64,000 nt of DNA, from assembly GCA_002782005.1 (NCBI GenBank), contig PFGT01000074.1:56-64055 (forward strand), given 5' to 3'. Numbering within the stretch: position 1 is the stretch's first letter; each line of letters starts with the position of its first letter. Positions 26,532 to 35,568 of this stretch are shown here, one piece after another. The DNA comes from Hydrogenophilales bacterium CG12_big_fil_rev_8_21_14_0_65_61_21 (lineage in GTDB: Bacteria; Pseudomonadota; Gammaproteobacteria; Burkholderiales; Thiobacillaceae). A model generated the notes under the pieces. It saw nothing but the letters and a program-made list of their open reading frames with translations, was not told where the DNA came from and did no database searches. Made by a program: the position numbers and the translations under genes.

Positions 26532-27705
26532 GGTCTGTGCCCTATTGCTGCTATGGCTGCTGCCGGGTATCGCCAACCCGGCCGGCGACGGCAAGCAACA
26601 GGAATTGGAGGATCTGCGCGGCCGCATCGCCAAACTCAAGGGCGAGGTGGAACGTGCCTCGGTCGACCGCTCGGAGGCCGCCGACGGGCTGCGCAACTCA
26701 GAACGCAAGATTTCCGACATCAACCGCGCCCTGATCGAGCTACAAAAGAAGGAACAGCGGCTGGGCCAATCCCTGGGCAAACTGGCTCAAGAACACCGCG
26801 CGACCAAGGCGCAATTGCACGCCGAGCGACAGCAACTGGCGGCCCTGCTTCGGCAACGCTATCGCCAGGGCAGCGACGACGCAACCCATCTGGCATTGAG
26901 CGGCCGCGACCCCGGCGAGATACAGCGCGACCTGGAGTATTACACCTACATCGGCCGGGCGAGGGCGAGATTGATCCGTGCCCACAACGCCTCGCTAGGT
27001 CGCCTGACGGCGGTAGAGAGCGAGACCCGGAGCCGAAGGTCCGACTTGGAACAGATCAAGCAAAACCAACTCACTCAACGCACAACCCTGGACAGGGAAA
27101 AACAAGTGCGTCAGGCCACCTATAACCAGTTGTCCGATCAGATACGCCAACAGCGTAAACAGATCGACAGTCTGGCTCGGGATGAGTCCCGGCTGAGCCG
27201 GTTGGTCGAACGTCTGCAACGTCTATCCGAGGCCAGAAAAACCACCAAGCCGCGTGAACCACGGGCTGGTAAAACAATCACTAACGTAGCCGATGCTAGC
27301 CTGGCAGGGCTCCGGTTCGCCGCGCTCAAGGGCAAGCTGGCGCTACCCGTGGCGGGTGAATTGTTGGCCCGCTTCGGCCAGGCCAGGGCCGGTGGCGGGC
27401 CAGCCTGGAAGGGCTTGTTCATCCGAACCAAGGCCGGCCAACCTGTCCGGACGGTGGCCAGCGGCGCGGTGGTATTCGCCGATTGGCTGAGGGGTTTCGG
27501 CAACCTGCTGATCGTCGACCATGGCGGCGGTTACCTCAGTCTGTACAGCAATAATGAAAGTCTGTATAAACAGGCGGGAGACACTGTCCACGCGGGCGAT
27601 GTCGTCGCCGCGACCGGCGACACCGGCGGCCAGGAAGAAACTGGCCTGTATTTCGAACTGCGCCGCCAAGGGCAACCATTCGACCCCATGAGTTGGGTCC
27701 GGTGA
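26503..27705 (+). CDS. envC: Murein hydrolase activator EnvC (coiled coil plus LytM/M23 domain)
   Basis: Long Q/E/R/L coiled coil followed by a degenerate M23 domain (GLFIRTKAGQPVRTVASGAVVFADWLRGFGNLLIVDHGGGYLSLY). Canonical position after gpmI. The start is uncertain because of a 29-nt overlap with gpmI. Confidence 0.85.
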   Translation: MMRPPIPSLKVCALLLLWLLPGIANPAGDGKQQELEDLRGRIAKLKGEVERASVDRSEAADGLRNSERKISDINRALIELQKKEQRLGQSLGKLAQEHRATKAQLHAERQQLAALLRQRYRQGSDDATHLALSGRDPGEIQRDLEYYTYIGRARARLIRAHNASLGRLTAVESETRSRRSDLEQIKQNQLTQRTTLDREKQVRQATYNQLSDQIRQQRKQIDSLARDESRLSRLVERLQRLSEARKTTKPREPRAGKTITNVADASLAGLRFAALKGKLALPVAGELLARFGQARAGGGPAWKGLFIRTKAGQPVRTVASGAVVFADWLRGFGNLLIVDHGGGYLSLYSNNESLYKQAGDTVHAGDVVAATGDTGGQEETGLYFELRRQGQPFDPMSWVR

Positions 27706-27724
27706 TCTATCAGAGAATGAACTT

Positions 27725-29107
27725 ATGACCAACAAATTCAAACAATTCGGACTCATCGGCCTCGGCGCTGCGGTGGGCGTGGCGCTCACCCTGAATTTCT
27801 CCGCCATCGCCGAGCGCCAACCCGAGCCGTTGCCCATCGACGACCTGCGCGCCTTCACCGAGGTCTTCGCCAAGATCAAGAGCGACTATGTCGAGCCGGT
27901 CGAGGACAAGAAACTCATCAACGAAGCGATCAACGGCATGCTCTCGGGGCTAGACCCCCACTCCACCTACATGGACCCGGAGGCCTTCAAGGAATTGCAG
28001 GTCGGCACCCAGGGCGAATTCGGCGGTCTGGGCATCGAGGTCGGCATGGAAGACGGCTTCGTCAAGGTCGTCTCGCCCATCGAGGACACGCCCGCCTTCA
28101 AGGCCGGCCTGAAAACCGGTGACCTGATCATCAAATTGGACGACACCCCGGTCAAGGGCATGACCCTCAACGACGCGGTCAAGCGGATGCGCGGCAAGCC
28201 CGGCACCGACATCGTCCTGACCATCGCCCGCAAAGGCGAGACCAAGCCCATCGTCGCCAAGCTGACCCGCGCCATCATCAAGATCAAGAGCGTCAAGCGT
28301 CAGTTGATCGAGCCTGGTTTCGGCTATGTCCGCATTACCCAGTTTCAGGAACACACTGGCGAGAACCTGGTCGCGGCCCTGAAATACCTGGAGGAGACCG
28401 ACAAGGCCCCGCTCAAGGGCCTGATCCTGGACCTGCGCAACGACCCGGGCGGTTTACTTAATACCGCAGTCGGTGTGGCCGGCGCGTTCCTCAAGGCCAA
28501 TGACCTGGTCGTCTATACCGACGGCCGCAGCGAGGACGCCAAGATGCGCCTGACCAACACGCCGCGCGACTACATGCAACGCGGCGATACGGATTACCTT
28601 GGGACGCTCCCGGCCTGGGTCAAGACCGTACCTATCGTGGTGTTGGTCAACGGCGGTTCCGCCTCGGCCTCGGAGATCGTCGCCGGCGCCCTGCAGGATC
28701 ACAAACGCGCCCTGATCGTCGGCACTCAGAGCTTTGGCAAGGGCTCGGTGCAGACCATACTGCCGCTCAACAACGGTAGCGCCATCAAATTGACCACGGC
28801 CCGCTACTACACGCCCAATGGCCGCTCGATCCAGAACAAGGGCATCACCCCGGACATTGCCGTCGCGGAAGCCACGGTGACGCAGGCCGATGAACAGAAA
28901 CTGGAAATCCACGAGGCCGATCTGGAAAAGCACCTCGCCAACGTGCAGGACAGCGGCGCTAATCCGGTTCCGAAGATCAAGAAGGATGAGAAGGCCAAGC
29001 CCGATGCCGAGAACGGCGACCCGAAAGAGATCGTGTCCAAAAAGGATTACCAGTTCAACCAGGCGCTGACCCTGCTCAAGGGCGTTGCGCTGCTGCAAAG
29101 CCGCTAA
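27725..29107 (+). CDS. Carboxy-terminal processing protease (S41 family, PDZ domain)
   Basis: PDZ domain (GGLGIEV...GDLIIKLDD) and S41 catalytic region (LVNGGSASASEIVAGALQD...GKGSVQ). Confidence 0.9.
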   Translation: MTNKFKQFGLIGLGAAVGVALTLNFSAIAERQPEPLPIDDLRAFTEVFAKIKSDYVEPVEDKKLINEAINGMLSGLDPHSTYMDPEAFKELQVGTQGEFGGLGIEVGMEDGFVKVVSPIEDTPAFKAGLKTGDLIIKLDDTPVKGMTLNDAVKRMRGKPGTDIVLTIARKGETKPIVAKLTRAIIKIKSVKRQLIEPGFGYVRITQFQEHTGENLVAALKYLEETDKAPLKGLILDLRNDPGGLLNTAVGVAGAFLKANDLVVYTDGRSEDAKMRLTNTPRDYMQRGDTDYLGTLPAWVKTVPIVVLVNGGSASASEIVAGALQDHKRALIVGTQSFGKGSVQTILPLNNGSAIKLTTARYYTPNGRSIQNKGITPDIAVAEATVTQADEQKLEIHEADLEKHLANVQDSGANPVPKIKKDEKAKPDAENGDPKEIVSKKDYQFNQALTLLKGVALLQSR

Positions 29108-29143
29108 GCGGCGGCGGTCAGGATCGCCGCCGGCTTGTGGCTT

Positions 29144-29734
29144 TCAGCGAGGCGCCGTCAGGCCGCCCAGCAGTAAGTCCCATTGGGCAGGCCAACTGTC
29201 CAGCGGGGTACGGCTAAAACCGCTTTTCACGAATTGCTGCCAGCGGCCCTGGACCATGGCCATGATCAGGTTGGCAGCAACGCCGGCATCCAGGCCTTCG
29301 GCCACGCCGCCCTGGCTGACGGCGATGCGCAATGACTGGCGCAGGCTAGCCTCCACCCGGTCCAGCAACTGATTGACCCGCGCTTGCAGACGGGGGTTCT
29401 CGTTTACCAGTACCTCGCCGGTGAGAACCCGGCTCATGCCGCGATTCTTCTCGACGAAACCGATCAGTAGTTGGGCAATGCCCCGGGCTTGTTCAAGGCC
29501 CGCCGTGCCGTCCGCAGAAATCCGGTTAATCAGCGAAAACAGGGTCGTTTCGATGAACTCGATCAAGCCTTCATACATCTGGGCCTTGCTGGCGAAATGG
29601 CGGTACAAGGCCGCCTCGGACACGTCAACACGAGCCGCCAGCGCCGCCGTGGTGATCTTTTCCGCCTGCGGCGCCTCAAGCATTTCCGCCAGTATCTGGA
29701 GGATTTGCTGTTTGCGCTCGCCCGGCTTGCTCAT
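29144..29734 (-). CDS. slmA: Nucleoid occlusion factor SlmA (TetR family)
   Basis: ITTAALAARVDVSEAALYRHFASKAQMYEGLIEFIE closely parallels the E. coli SlmA HTH region. Confidence 0.8.
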   Translation of the reverse strand: MSKPGERKQQILQILAEMLEAPQAEKITTAALAARVDVSEAALYRHFASKAQMYEGLIEFIETTLFSLINRISADGTAGLEQARGIAQLLIGFVEKNRGMSRVLTGEVLVNENPRLQARVNQLLDRVEASLRQSLRIAVSQGGVAEGLDAGVAANLIMAMVQGRWQQFVKSGFSRTPLDSWPAQWDLLLGGLTAPR

Positions 29735-30771
29735 GCCGCCGACCCCGCAACCGGGTAGGGCAGCGGCCTGAATACCAGGGGCGCCCCATCGACTGTAGCT
29801 AGTCGCACATCACCGCCTTCGTAACTGCCGATCTGCATGACCGCCAACAGATCGGAGCCACCCCCTGGAGCCGGCGCCGCATTGACCACCTGGCCTGCGG
29901 CCTGACCGCCGAACTCGGGACTAAACAGCGGGTCGCCAGCCTTGGCATCGGCCGCGACGTGGGCCAGGTACATGCGCCGTTTCTGTTTACCCAGATATTG
30001 AGTCCGGGCCACGATCTCCTGGCCGGGATAGCAACCCTTGGTGAAGCTGACGCCATGTAGGTCGACCATGTTGGCCATCTGCGGCACGAACTGATCCTGG
30101 GTCTCGGGCAGTATGACCGGGATGCCGGCGGTAACCATCAGCCAATCCCAGGCAACTGCGCCGACTGGCCTGGCCCTGGCGCTCAGCTTCAGCCAAGCGG
30201 CCGACGCCGCAGTCGAAGCGACCAGGATATCGAACCGGTCGCCACCCAGTCGTACCGCGAAGGCCGCCTCGCCCTGGGCCACGGCCATGATCTCCGGCGC
30301 CGGCGCGAGGTTCAGCGCCTCGGCCAACAATGCACCCGCGCCGGGACCGGATAAGCCAAGCCGTAACCACTCGTCGCTGGCATTACGGACCTTGGCCTTG
30401 GTGCGCAGGATAAACATGGCCAAGCGTTTCTGAATCGACTCGCGCAGCGCCTGGGGCAGCATCAGCAGCAGGTTATCGCCGCGCTTGAAGACCAGGAAAT
30501 TCGCCAACATTCGACCCTTGGCCGAACAGTAACCCGCGAATATCGCCTGTCCTGGCGTGAGGCCGCGTAGATCGTTGGTCACTTGACCATGCAGAAAGGT
30601 CTGGGCTTCTTCGCCTGCGAAGCCGATCAAGCCCCAGTGCGACAGATCAGCTACCACCAGGCCGGCTTTCGCCGCCGCCAGCTCGCCGGGCAAGTCGCCG
30701 AAATCACTCAGCTTAGCGTCGACCAGTCGGGCGCCTTGGGTTTGCAGAAATTCAATCCAGTGGTTACTCAT
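29731..30771 (-). CDS. ygfZ: Folate-binding Fe-S cluster repair / tRNA-modifying protein YgfZ
   Basis: GcvT-like fold with the signature TKGCYPGQEIVART. Confidence 0.85.
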   Translation of the reverse strand: MSNHWIEFLQTQGARLVDAKLSDFGDLPGELAAAKAGLVVADLSHWGLIGFAGEEAQTFLHGQVTNDLRGLTPGQAIFAGYCSAKGRMLANFLVFKRGDNLLLMLPQALRESIQKRLAMFILRTKAKVRNASDEWLRLGLSGPGAGALLAEALNLAPAPEIMAVAQGEAAFAVRLGGDRFDILVASTAASAAWLKLSARARPVGAVAWDWLMVTAGIPVILPETQDQFVPQMANMVDLHGVSFTKGCYPGQEIVARTQYLGKQKRRMYLAHVAADAKAGDPLFSPEFGGQAAGQVVNAAPAPGGGSDLLAVMQIGSYEGGDVRLATVDGAPLVFRPLPYPVAGSAA

Positions 30772-30870
30772 GGTCTGCTTACAGTGGAAATCAGGAAATT
30801 CGGTAAGTTAATGGTCACTTCGCCAATTGGCAAGGCTGACCGGGGTTGCTGCACCTGGCTTGGACCAGCC

Positions 30871-31710
30871 CTAGGGCTGGTCGGGCTGCACCAACCGCTC
30901 CACCGCCAGGGTGTGCAGCCGGCGGCTGTCGGCGCGGTTGACCCGGAAGCGATAGCCGTCGATCACCACGCTCTCGCCCCGCTTGGGCATGTGGCCGAAG
31001 GCGTGGGTGACCAAGCCACCGACGGTATCGAATTCCTCGTCCGAGAAGTGCGTCCCCAGGACGGCATTGCAGTCCTCGATCTCGGTCTGGGCCTTGACCC
31101 GCCAGGTGTCATGTTTTTCCAGCAGGATATTGTCTTCGTCCTCGTCGTAATCGTATTCGTCCTCGATGTCGCCGACGATCTGTTCCAGCACGTCCTCGAT
31201 GGTGACCAGACCCGCGACGCCGCCATATTCGTCGGCGACGATGGCGATGTGGTTGCGCGATGCGCGGAACTCCCGCAACAAGACATTGAGTCGTTTGGAT
31301 TCGGGCACGAACACCGCCGGACGGAGGATTTCCCGCAGGTTGACCGCCTCGTCGTTGCACAAGCGCAGCAGGTCCTTGGCCAACAGGATACCGACCACGT
31401 TGTCGCGGTCGCCGTCGACGGCGGGAAACCGTGAATGGGCGGTCTCGATAACGAAGGGCAACAGCTTGTCCGGGCTGTCGTTGATGTCCACCATGTCCAA
31501 CTGGGCACGCGGGATCATGATCTCGCGCACCTGCATCTCGGATACCTGCATGACCCCTTCGATCATGGACAGAGCATCGGCATCCAGCAGGTTGTTATCG
31601 TAAGCGGCATGGAGCAGTTCGAGAAGCTCCTCGCGGGTCTCCGGCTCGGGCGAGAGCCAGGCGGTCAAACGTTCTATCAAACTAGGTCGTGGACTACTGT
31701 CGTCACTCAT
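30871..31710 (-). CDS. corC: Magnesium/cobalt efflux-associated protein CorC (CBS pair plus CorC_HlyC domain)
   Basis: CBS pair (VREIMIPRAQL..., HIAIVADEYGGVAGLVTIEDVLEQIVG) and transporter-associated C-terminal domain. Start taken at MSDDSS (ATG at 31710). Confidence 0.9.
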   Translation of the reverse strand: MSDDSSPRPSLIERLTAWLSPEPETREELLELLHAAYDNNLLDADALSMIEGVMQVSEMQVREIMIPRAQLDMVDINDSPDKLLPFVIETAHSRFPAVDGDRDNVVGILLAKDLLRLCNDEAVNLREILRPAVFVPESKRLNVLLREFRASRNHIAIVADEYGGVAGLVTIEDVLEQIVGDIEDEYDYDEDEDNILLEKHDTWRVKAQTEIEDCNAVLGTHFSDEEFDTVGGLVTHAFGHMPKRGESVVIDGYRFRVNRADSRRLHTLAVERLVQPDQP

Positions 31711-32171
31711 GGTTCTAAATATGGATCGGGATATCCCAGCCGCATCATAACAAAACTTTCTAACGCCTCCATGACCGCCGCCTCGGACTCGGTTTGGTGA
31801 TCGTAACCTTGCAGGTGCAACATGCCATGCACCACGAGGTGAGCGTAGTGCGCCACCAGCGGCTTGCCTTGCTCGGCCGCTTCCCTGGCCACCACCGGCG
31901 CGCACAGGACGATGTCGCCGCTCATCGGTGTCCCTTCGAGGGCCTCGTCCGGACCGTACTCGAAGGTCAGCACGTTGGTGGGGTAATCCTTATTGCGGAA
32001 ATCGCGGTTGAGTTGCCGGCCTTCCTGCGCGTCGACAATACGCAGGGTCGCCGCAGCGTCACCCGCCAGGGCGGCCTTGGCCCACTGCCTGAACTGGGCG
32101 CGATTCGGCAGACCCTCCGTGCCGCAGGCATACTGCACGGTCAGGTGCAGCCGGTTCGCCGCACTCCTCAC
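31707..32171 (-). CDS. ybeY: Endoribonuclease YbeY (16S rRNA maturation)
   Basis: Zinc motif HLVVHGMLHLQGYDH. The GTG start at 32171 forms a GTGA overlap with the phoH stop. The longer track ORF extension overlaps phoH and is unlikely. Confidence 0.9.
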   Translation of the reverse strand: MRSAANRLHLTVQYACGTEGLPNRAQFRQWAKAALAGDAAATLRIVDAQEGRQLNRDFRNKDYPTNVLTFEYGPDEALEGTPMSGDIVLCAPVVAREAAEQGKPLVAHYAHLVVHGMLHLQGYDHQTESEAAVMEALESFVMMRLGYPDPYLEP

Positions 32172-33115
32172 TCCGCACTCCTCGAATAGGCATCGTAGGC
32201 GTCGATGATGCGGGCCACCAAGGGATGGCGCACCACGTCGTCGTTCTGGAACTCGGTGAAGGCAATGCCCCGGACCGCCTTCAACACCAACCGCGCTTCG
32301 ATTAGGCCGCACTTCTGGCCGCGCGCCAGATCGATCTGGGTGACATCGCCGGTGACCACGGTCTTGGCGCCGAAACCGATCCGGGTCAGGAACATCTTCA
32401 TCTGCTCCGGCGTGGTGTTCTGCGCCTCATCCAGGATGATGAAGGCGTTGTTGAGCGTCCGGCCGCGCATGAAGGCCAGCGGTGCCACTTCGATTACGCC
32501 CTTTTCGAACAGCCGGGTAGCCTTCTCGAAGCCCATCAGGTCATAAAGCGCGTCGTACAGCGGGCGCAGGTAAGGGTCGACCTTCTGCACCAGATCGCCA
32601 GGCAGGAAACCAAGCCGCTCGCCGGCCTCAACCGCCGGCCGGACCAGGACGATGCGTTTGACCAGATCGCGTTCCAGGGCATCCACCGCGCTGGCAACGG
32701 CGAGGTAGGTTTTGCCGGTGCCGGCCGGACCGATACCAAAGGTGATGTCGTGTTCCTGTATCTGTCGAATGTACTGATTCTGGCGCGCGGTGCGGCCATG
32801 CAAGCCAATACGCCGGGTCATCAGTACCGGCATATCGCTCTCCGCATCCGGGGCCGCAGCCGGTTTGTGCGCCACTTCCACCAGGGCCAACTGGATGTCG
32901 TCGATATCCAGTGGCTTGTGTGCCCGCTGGTAGAAATCCTTGAGTAGTTTCGCGACCTGCTCGACCAGGCGATCCGGACCGGTGATGTTGAATACCTCGC
33001 CCCGGCGGGCGATGTTCACGTTGAGTGCGGTCTCCATCTGGCGCAGGTTCTCGTCCAGCGCGCCGCATAGATTGCCCAGCCGATGGTTGTCGGCTTCGGG
33101 AAAGGTGACTTGCAT
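32168..33115 (-). CDS. ybeZ: PhoH-family ATPase (YbeZ)
   Basis: Walker A GPAGTGKTYLAV and Walker B IILDEAQN. Start taken at MQVTFPEAD (ATG at 33115), 8 nt after the miaB stop. Confidence 0.9.
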   Translation of the reverse strand: MQVTFPEADNHRLGNLCGALDENLRQMETALNVNIARRGEVFNITGPDRLVEQVAKLLKDFYQRAHKPLDIDDIQLALVEVAHKPAAAPDAESDMPVLMTRRIGLHGRTARQNQYIRQIQEHDITFGIGPAGTGKTYLAVASAVDALERDLVKRIVLVRPAVEAGERLGFLPGDLVQKVDPYLRPLYDALYDLMGFEKATRLFEKGVIEVAPLAFMRGRTLNNAFIILDEAQNTTPEQMKMFLTRIGFGAKTVVTGDVTQIDLARGQKCGLIEARLVLKAVRGIAFTEFQNDDVVRHPLVARIIDAYDAYSRSAE

Positions 33116-33123
33116 CGTCTCGG

Positions 33124-34467
33124 CTAAGTGCCTCGGTATCCCGAGGTTAGCACTTCGCCGCGCATGCTGTTGGGTAATGCGCGGCTGATGGTCACAGCGA
33201 CAAAATGACCGATCAGGCTGGCGGGACCGGCAAAGTTCACCACCCGGTTGTTCTCGGTGCGGCCCATCATCTCGTTCGGGTCTTTTCGTGATGGCCCTTC
33301 CACCAGCACCCACTGTACGGTGCCGACCATGGCCTCGCCGTGGGCCTTGACCTGCTTGTCGAGCTGGGCCTGAAGCCGATAAAGCCGTTGCAACTTCGCT
33401 TCATGAGACAGGTCGTCGGCCATGCCGGCGGCCGGGGTGCCGGGGCGCGGGCTGTAAACGAAACTGAATGAATGGTCGAAGTCGAGCTCCTCGACCAGGC
33501 GCATCGTGGCCTCGAAATCGGCATCGGTTTCGCCGGGAAAGCCGACGATGAAATCGGTGGCCAGCGCGATGTCAGGCCGGACCTCGCGCACCTTGCGGAC
33601 GATGCTCTTGTACTCCAGCACCGTGTAGCCGCGCTTCATGGCCGCCAGGACGCGATCCGAGCCGGACTGCACCGGCAGATGCAGGTGTGACACCAGCTTG
33701 GGCACTTTGACATAAACATCGATCAGACGCTGGCTGAATTCACGTGGGTGCGAGGTGGTGTAACGGATGCGCTCCACCCCCGGCAGCTCGGCGACCAGTT
33801 CGATCAACAAGGCGAAATCGGCGATCTCGCCGTCATCCATGACGCCTCGGTAGGCGTTCACGTTCTGGCCCAGCAGGGTGATCTCCTTGACCCCCTCCGC
33901 CGCCAGGTGGGCGACCTCGGCCAGCACGTCGGCGAGCGGCCGCGAGACCTCCTCGCCACGGGTAAAGGGCACCACGCAATAGGTGCAGTACTTGCTGCAC
34001 CCTTCCATGATCGAAACAAAGGCGGTAGCGCCGTCCACCCGAGCCGGTGGAATATGGTCGAACTTCTCGATCTCAGGAAATTCGATGTCTACCTGCGGCC
34101 GGCCGGTCCGCTTGCTCTTCTCGATCATGGCCGGCAGGCGATGCAAGGTCTGCGGGCCAAAGACCAGATCGACATACGGTGCACGGCGCACGATGGCTGC
34201 GCCTTCCTGGCTGGCGACGCAACCGCCAACGCCGATCACCAGGTTCGGGTTGCGCTCTTTAAGATGTTTGACCATACCCAGGTCGGTGAACACCTTCTCC
34301 TGGGCCTTTTCCCGCACCGAGCAGGTGTTGAACAGGATGACGTCTGCCTCTTCCGGGTTGTCGGTGGTCTCATACGGTTCCGCCGCGCCCAAGACGTCGG
34401 CCATCTTGGCCGAGTCGTACTCGTTCATCTGGCAGCCGAAGGTCTTGATAAATACTTTGCGGGTCAC
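33124..34467 (-). CDS. miaB: tRNA-2-methylthio-N6-dimethylallyladenosine synthase MiaB (radical SAM)
   Basis: [14 protein letters not shown] (UPF0004 cysteine), radical [11 protein letters not shown] and a TRAM C-terminus. GTG start. Confidence 0.95.
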   Translation of the reverse strand: MTRKVFIKTFGCQMNEYDSAKMADVLGAAEPYETTDNPEEADVILFNTCSVREKAQEKVFTDLGMVKHLKERNPNLVIGVGGCVASQEGAAIVRRAPYVDLVFGPQTLHRLPAMIEKSKRTGRPQVDIEFPEIEKFDHIPPARVDGATAFVSIMEGCSKYCTYCVVPFTRGEEVSRPLADVLAEVAHLAAEGVKEITLLGQNVNAYRGVMDDGEIADFALLIELVAELPGVERIRYTTSHPREFSQRLIDVYVKVPKLVSHLHLPVQSGSDRVLAAMKRGYTVLEYKSIVRKVREVRPDIALATDFIVGFPGETDADFEATMRLVEELDFDHSFSFVYSPRPGTPAAGMADDLSHEAKLQRLYRLQAQLDKQVKAHGEAMVGTVQWVLVEGPSRKDPNEMMGRTENNRVVNFAGPASLIGHFVAVTISRALPNSMRGEVLTSGYRGT

Positions 34468-34497
34468 TGTGAGTTGGGATGGCGGGAATCGGGGGGG

Positions 34498-34574
34498 TGG
34501 TGGTGATGGGCGGAATCGAACCGCCGACCTGAGGGTTATGAATCCTCCGCTCTAACCGACTGAGCTACATCACC
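34498..34574 (-). tRNA. tRNA-Met (anticodon CAT; elongator Met versus lysidine-modified Ile2 not distinguishable by eye)
   Basis: Minus strand reads GGTGATG-TA-GCTC-AGTCGGTT-AGAGC-G-GAGGA-TTCATAA-CCCTC-AGGTC-GGCGG-TTCGATT-CCGCC-CATCACC-A-CCA. Full cloverleaf, encoded CCA, T-loop TTCGATT. Confidence 0.95.
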
Positions 34575-34639
34575 ACGCTGGTCTCGTCTGTCGCGACCGG
34601 CCTTGCTGGCAAGGCTACACAGCTAAAAACGAGCCGTGC

Positions 34640-34669
34640 ATTATCCGTTTGTGGCCGTCTTAATGTCAA
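34640..34669 (-). promoter_or_regulatory. Candidate sigma70 promoter for tRNA-Met (and possibly miaB)
   Basis: Minus strand reads TTGACA (34669-34664), 18 nt spacer, GATAAT (34645-34640). It overlaps the 3' end of gluQ. Confidence 0.45.
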
Positions 34670-35568
34670 GAATTACAAGGGGTTGGCCGATAGCCGCGCA
34701 CCGGTCGCGCAATGCGCGACGGCCAGGCTGCAACAGCCCAGCGCCAGAATTCGTCCGGGTTGGCGAGGCCAGCAGGCGGCATCAAGCCCAGGAAGCAGGC
34801 CGCTATCTTCAGCGCAGGCAGCGGGTCGGCAGCGTCGATGGCGGTGGCCAGGGTTTGCTTGGATAGCTTGTCGCCATGCTCGTCCAGGGCGACGGGCAGA
34901 TGGGCATAACGGACTGCGGGCAGACCTAGCGCCTGTTGCAAGGCGATCTGGCGCGGGGTGGAGGTCAGCAGGTCGGCGCCGCGAACGACATGGCTAATAC
35001 CCTGTTCGGCATCGTCTACCGTTACCGCCAATTGATAGCTGTATACGCCGTCGGCCCGTTGTAGGATGAAATCGCCGCATTCAGTGACCAGGTCGCAGGC
35101 CACCCGGCCTTGAATGGCATCGTCGAAAATCGCTCGGCCTGCCGGCATCCGAAAACGCATGCCGGCGTGCTTGGTATCCAGATTCAGCGCCCGGCAGGCG
35201 CCGGGGTAAACCAGCCCGTCCACGCCGCGCCGGGCATTTTCCGTCAACGTCTTGCGGCTACAGATACAGCGGTAGACCTGGCCGAGTCGTTGCAACTCCG
35301 CGAGCGCCGCACAGTAGGCCGCGCCGCGCCGGCTCTGGTACATAACCGGGCTGTGCCACTGGAAGCCATACAACTCAAGGGTATGCAATATCCGATCGGC
35401 CGCGCCTGGCGCAACGCGGGGCGGATCGACGTCTTCCATGCGCACCAGCCATTCGCCGCCATGGGCACAAGCATCCAGATAACTGGCCATGGCCGCCACC
35501 AAGGAGCCAAAGTGCAGTGGGCCGCTAGGCGTGGGGGCGAAGCGGCCGCGATAGAGCGGAGGCGCCAT
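34666..35568 (-). CDS. gluQ: tRNA glutamyl-Q(34) synthetase (GluQRS/YadB)
   Basis: RFAPTPSGPLHFGSL (HIGH-like) in a truncated GluRS catalytic domain of about 300 aa, with the conserved zinc-site cysteines. Confidence 0.9.
   Translation of the reverse strand: MAPPLYRGRFAPTPSGPLHFGSLVAAMASYLDACAHGGEWLVRMEDVDPPRVAPGAADRILHTLELYGFQWHSPVMYQSRRGAAYCAALAELQRLGQVYRCICSRKTLTENARRGVDGLVYPGACRALNLDTKHAGMRFRMPAGRAIFDDAIQGRVACDLVTECGDFILQRADGVYSYQLAVTVDDAEQGISHVVRGADLLTSTPRQIALQQALGLPAVRYAHLPVALDEHGDKLSKQTLATAIDAADPLPALKIAACFLGLMPPAGLANPDEFWRWAVAAWPSRIARPVRGYRPTPCNS

Noticed and set aside
30863-30882. Perfect 20-nt palindrome GACCAGCCCTAGGGCTGGTC.
   Set aside because: It overlaps the last codons and stop of corC and has no T-tract. 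It is probably just an mRNA 3' stabilising hairpin, and nothing further can be supported.
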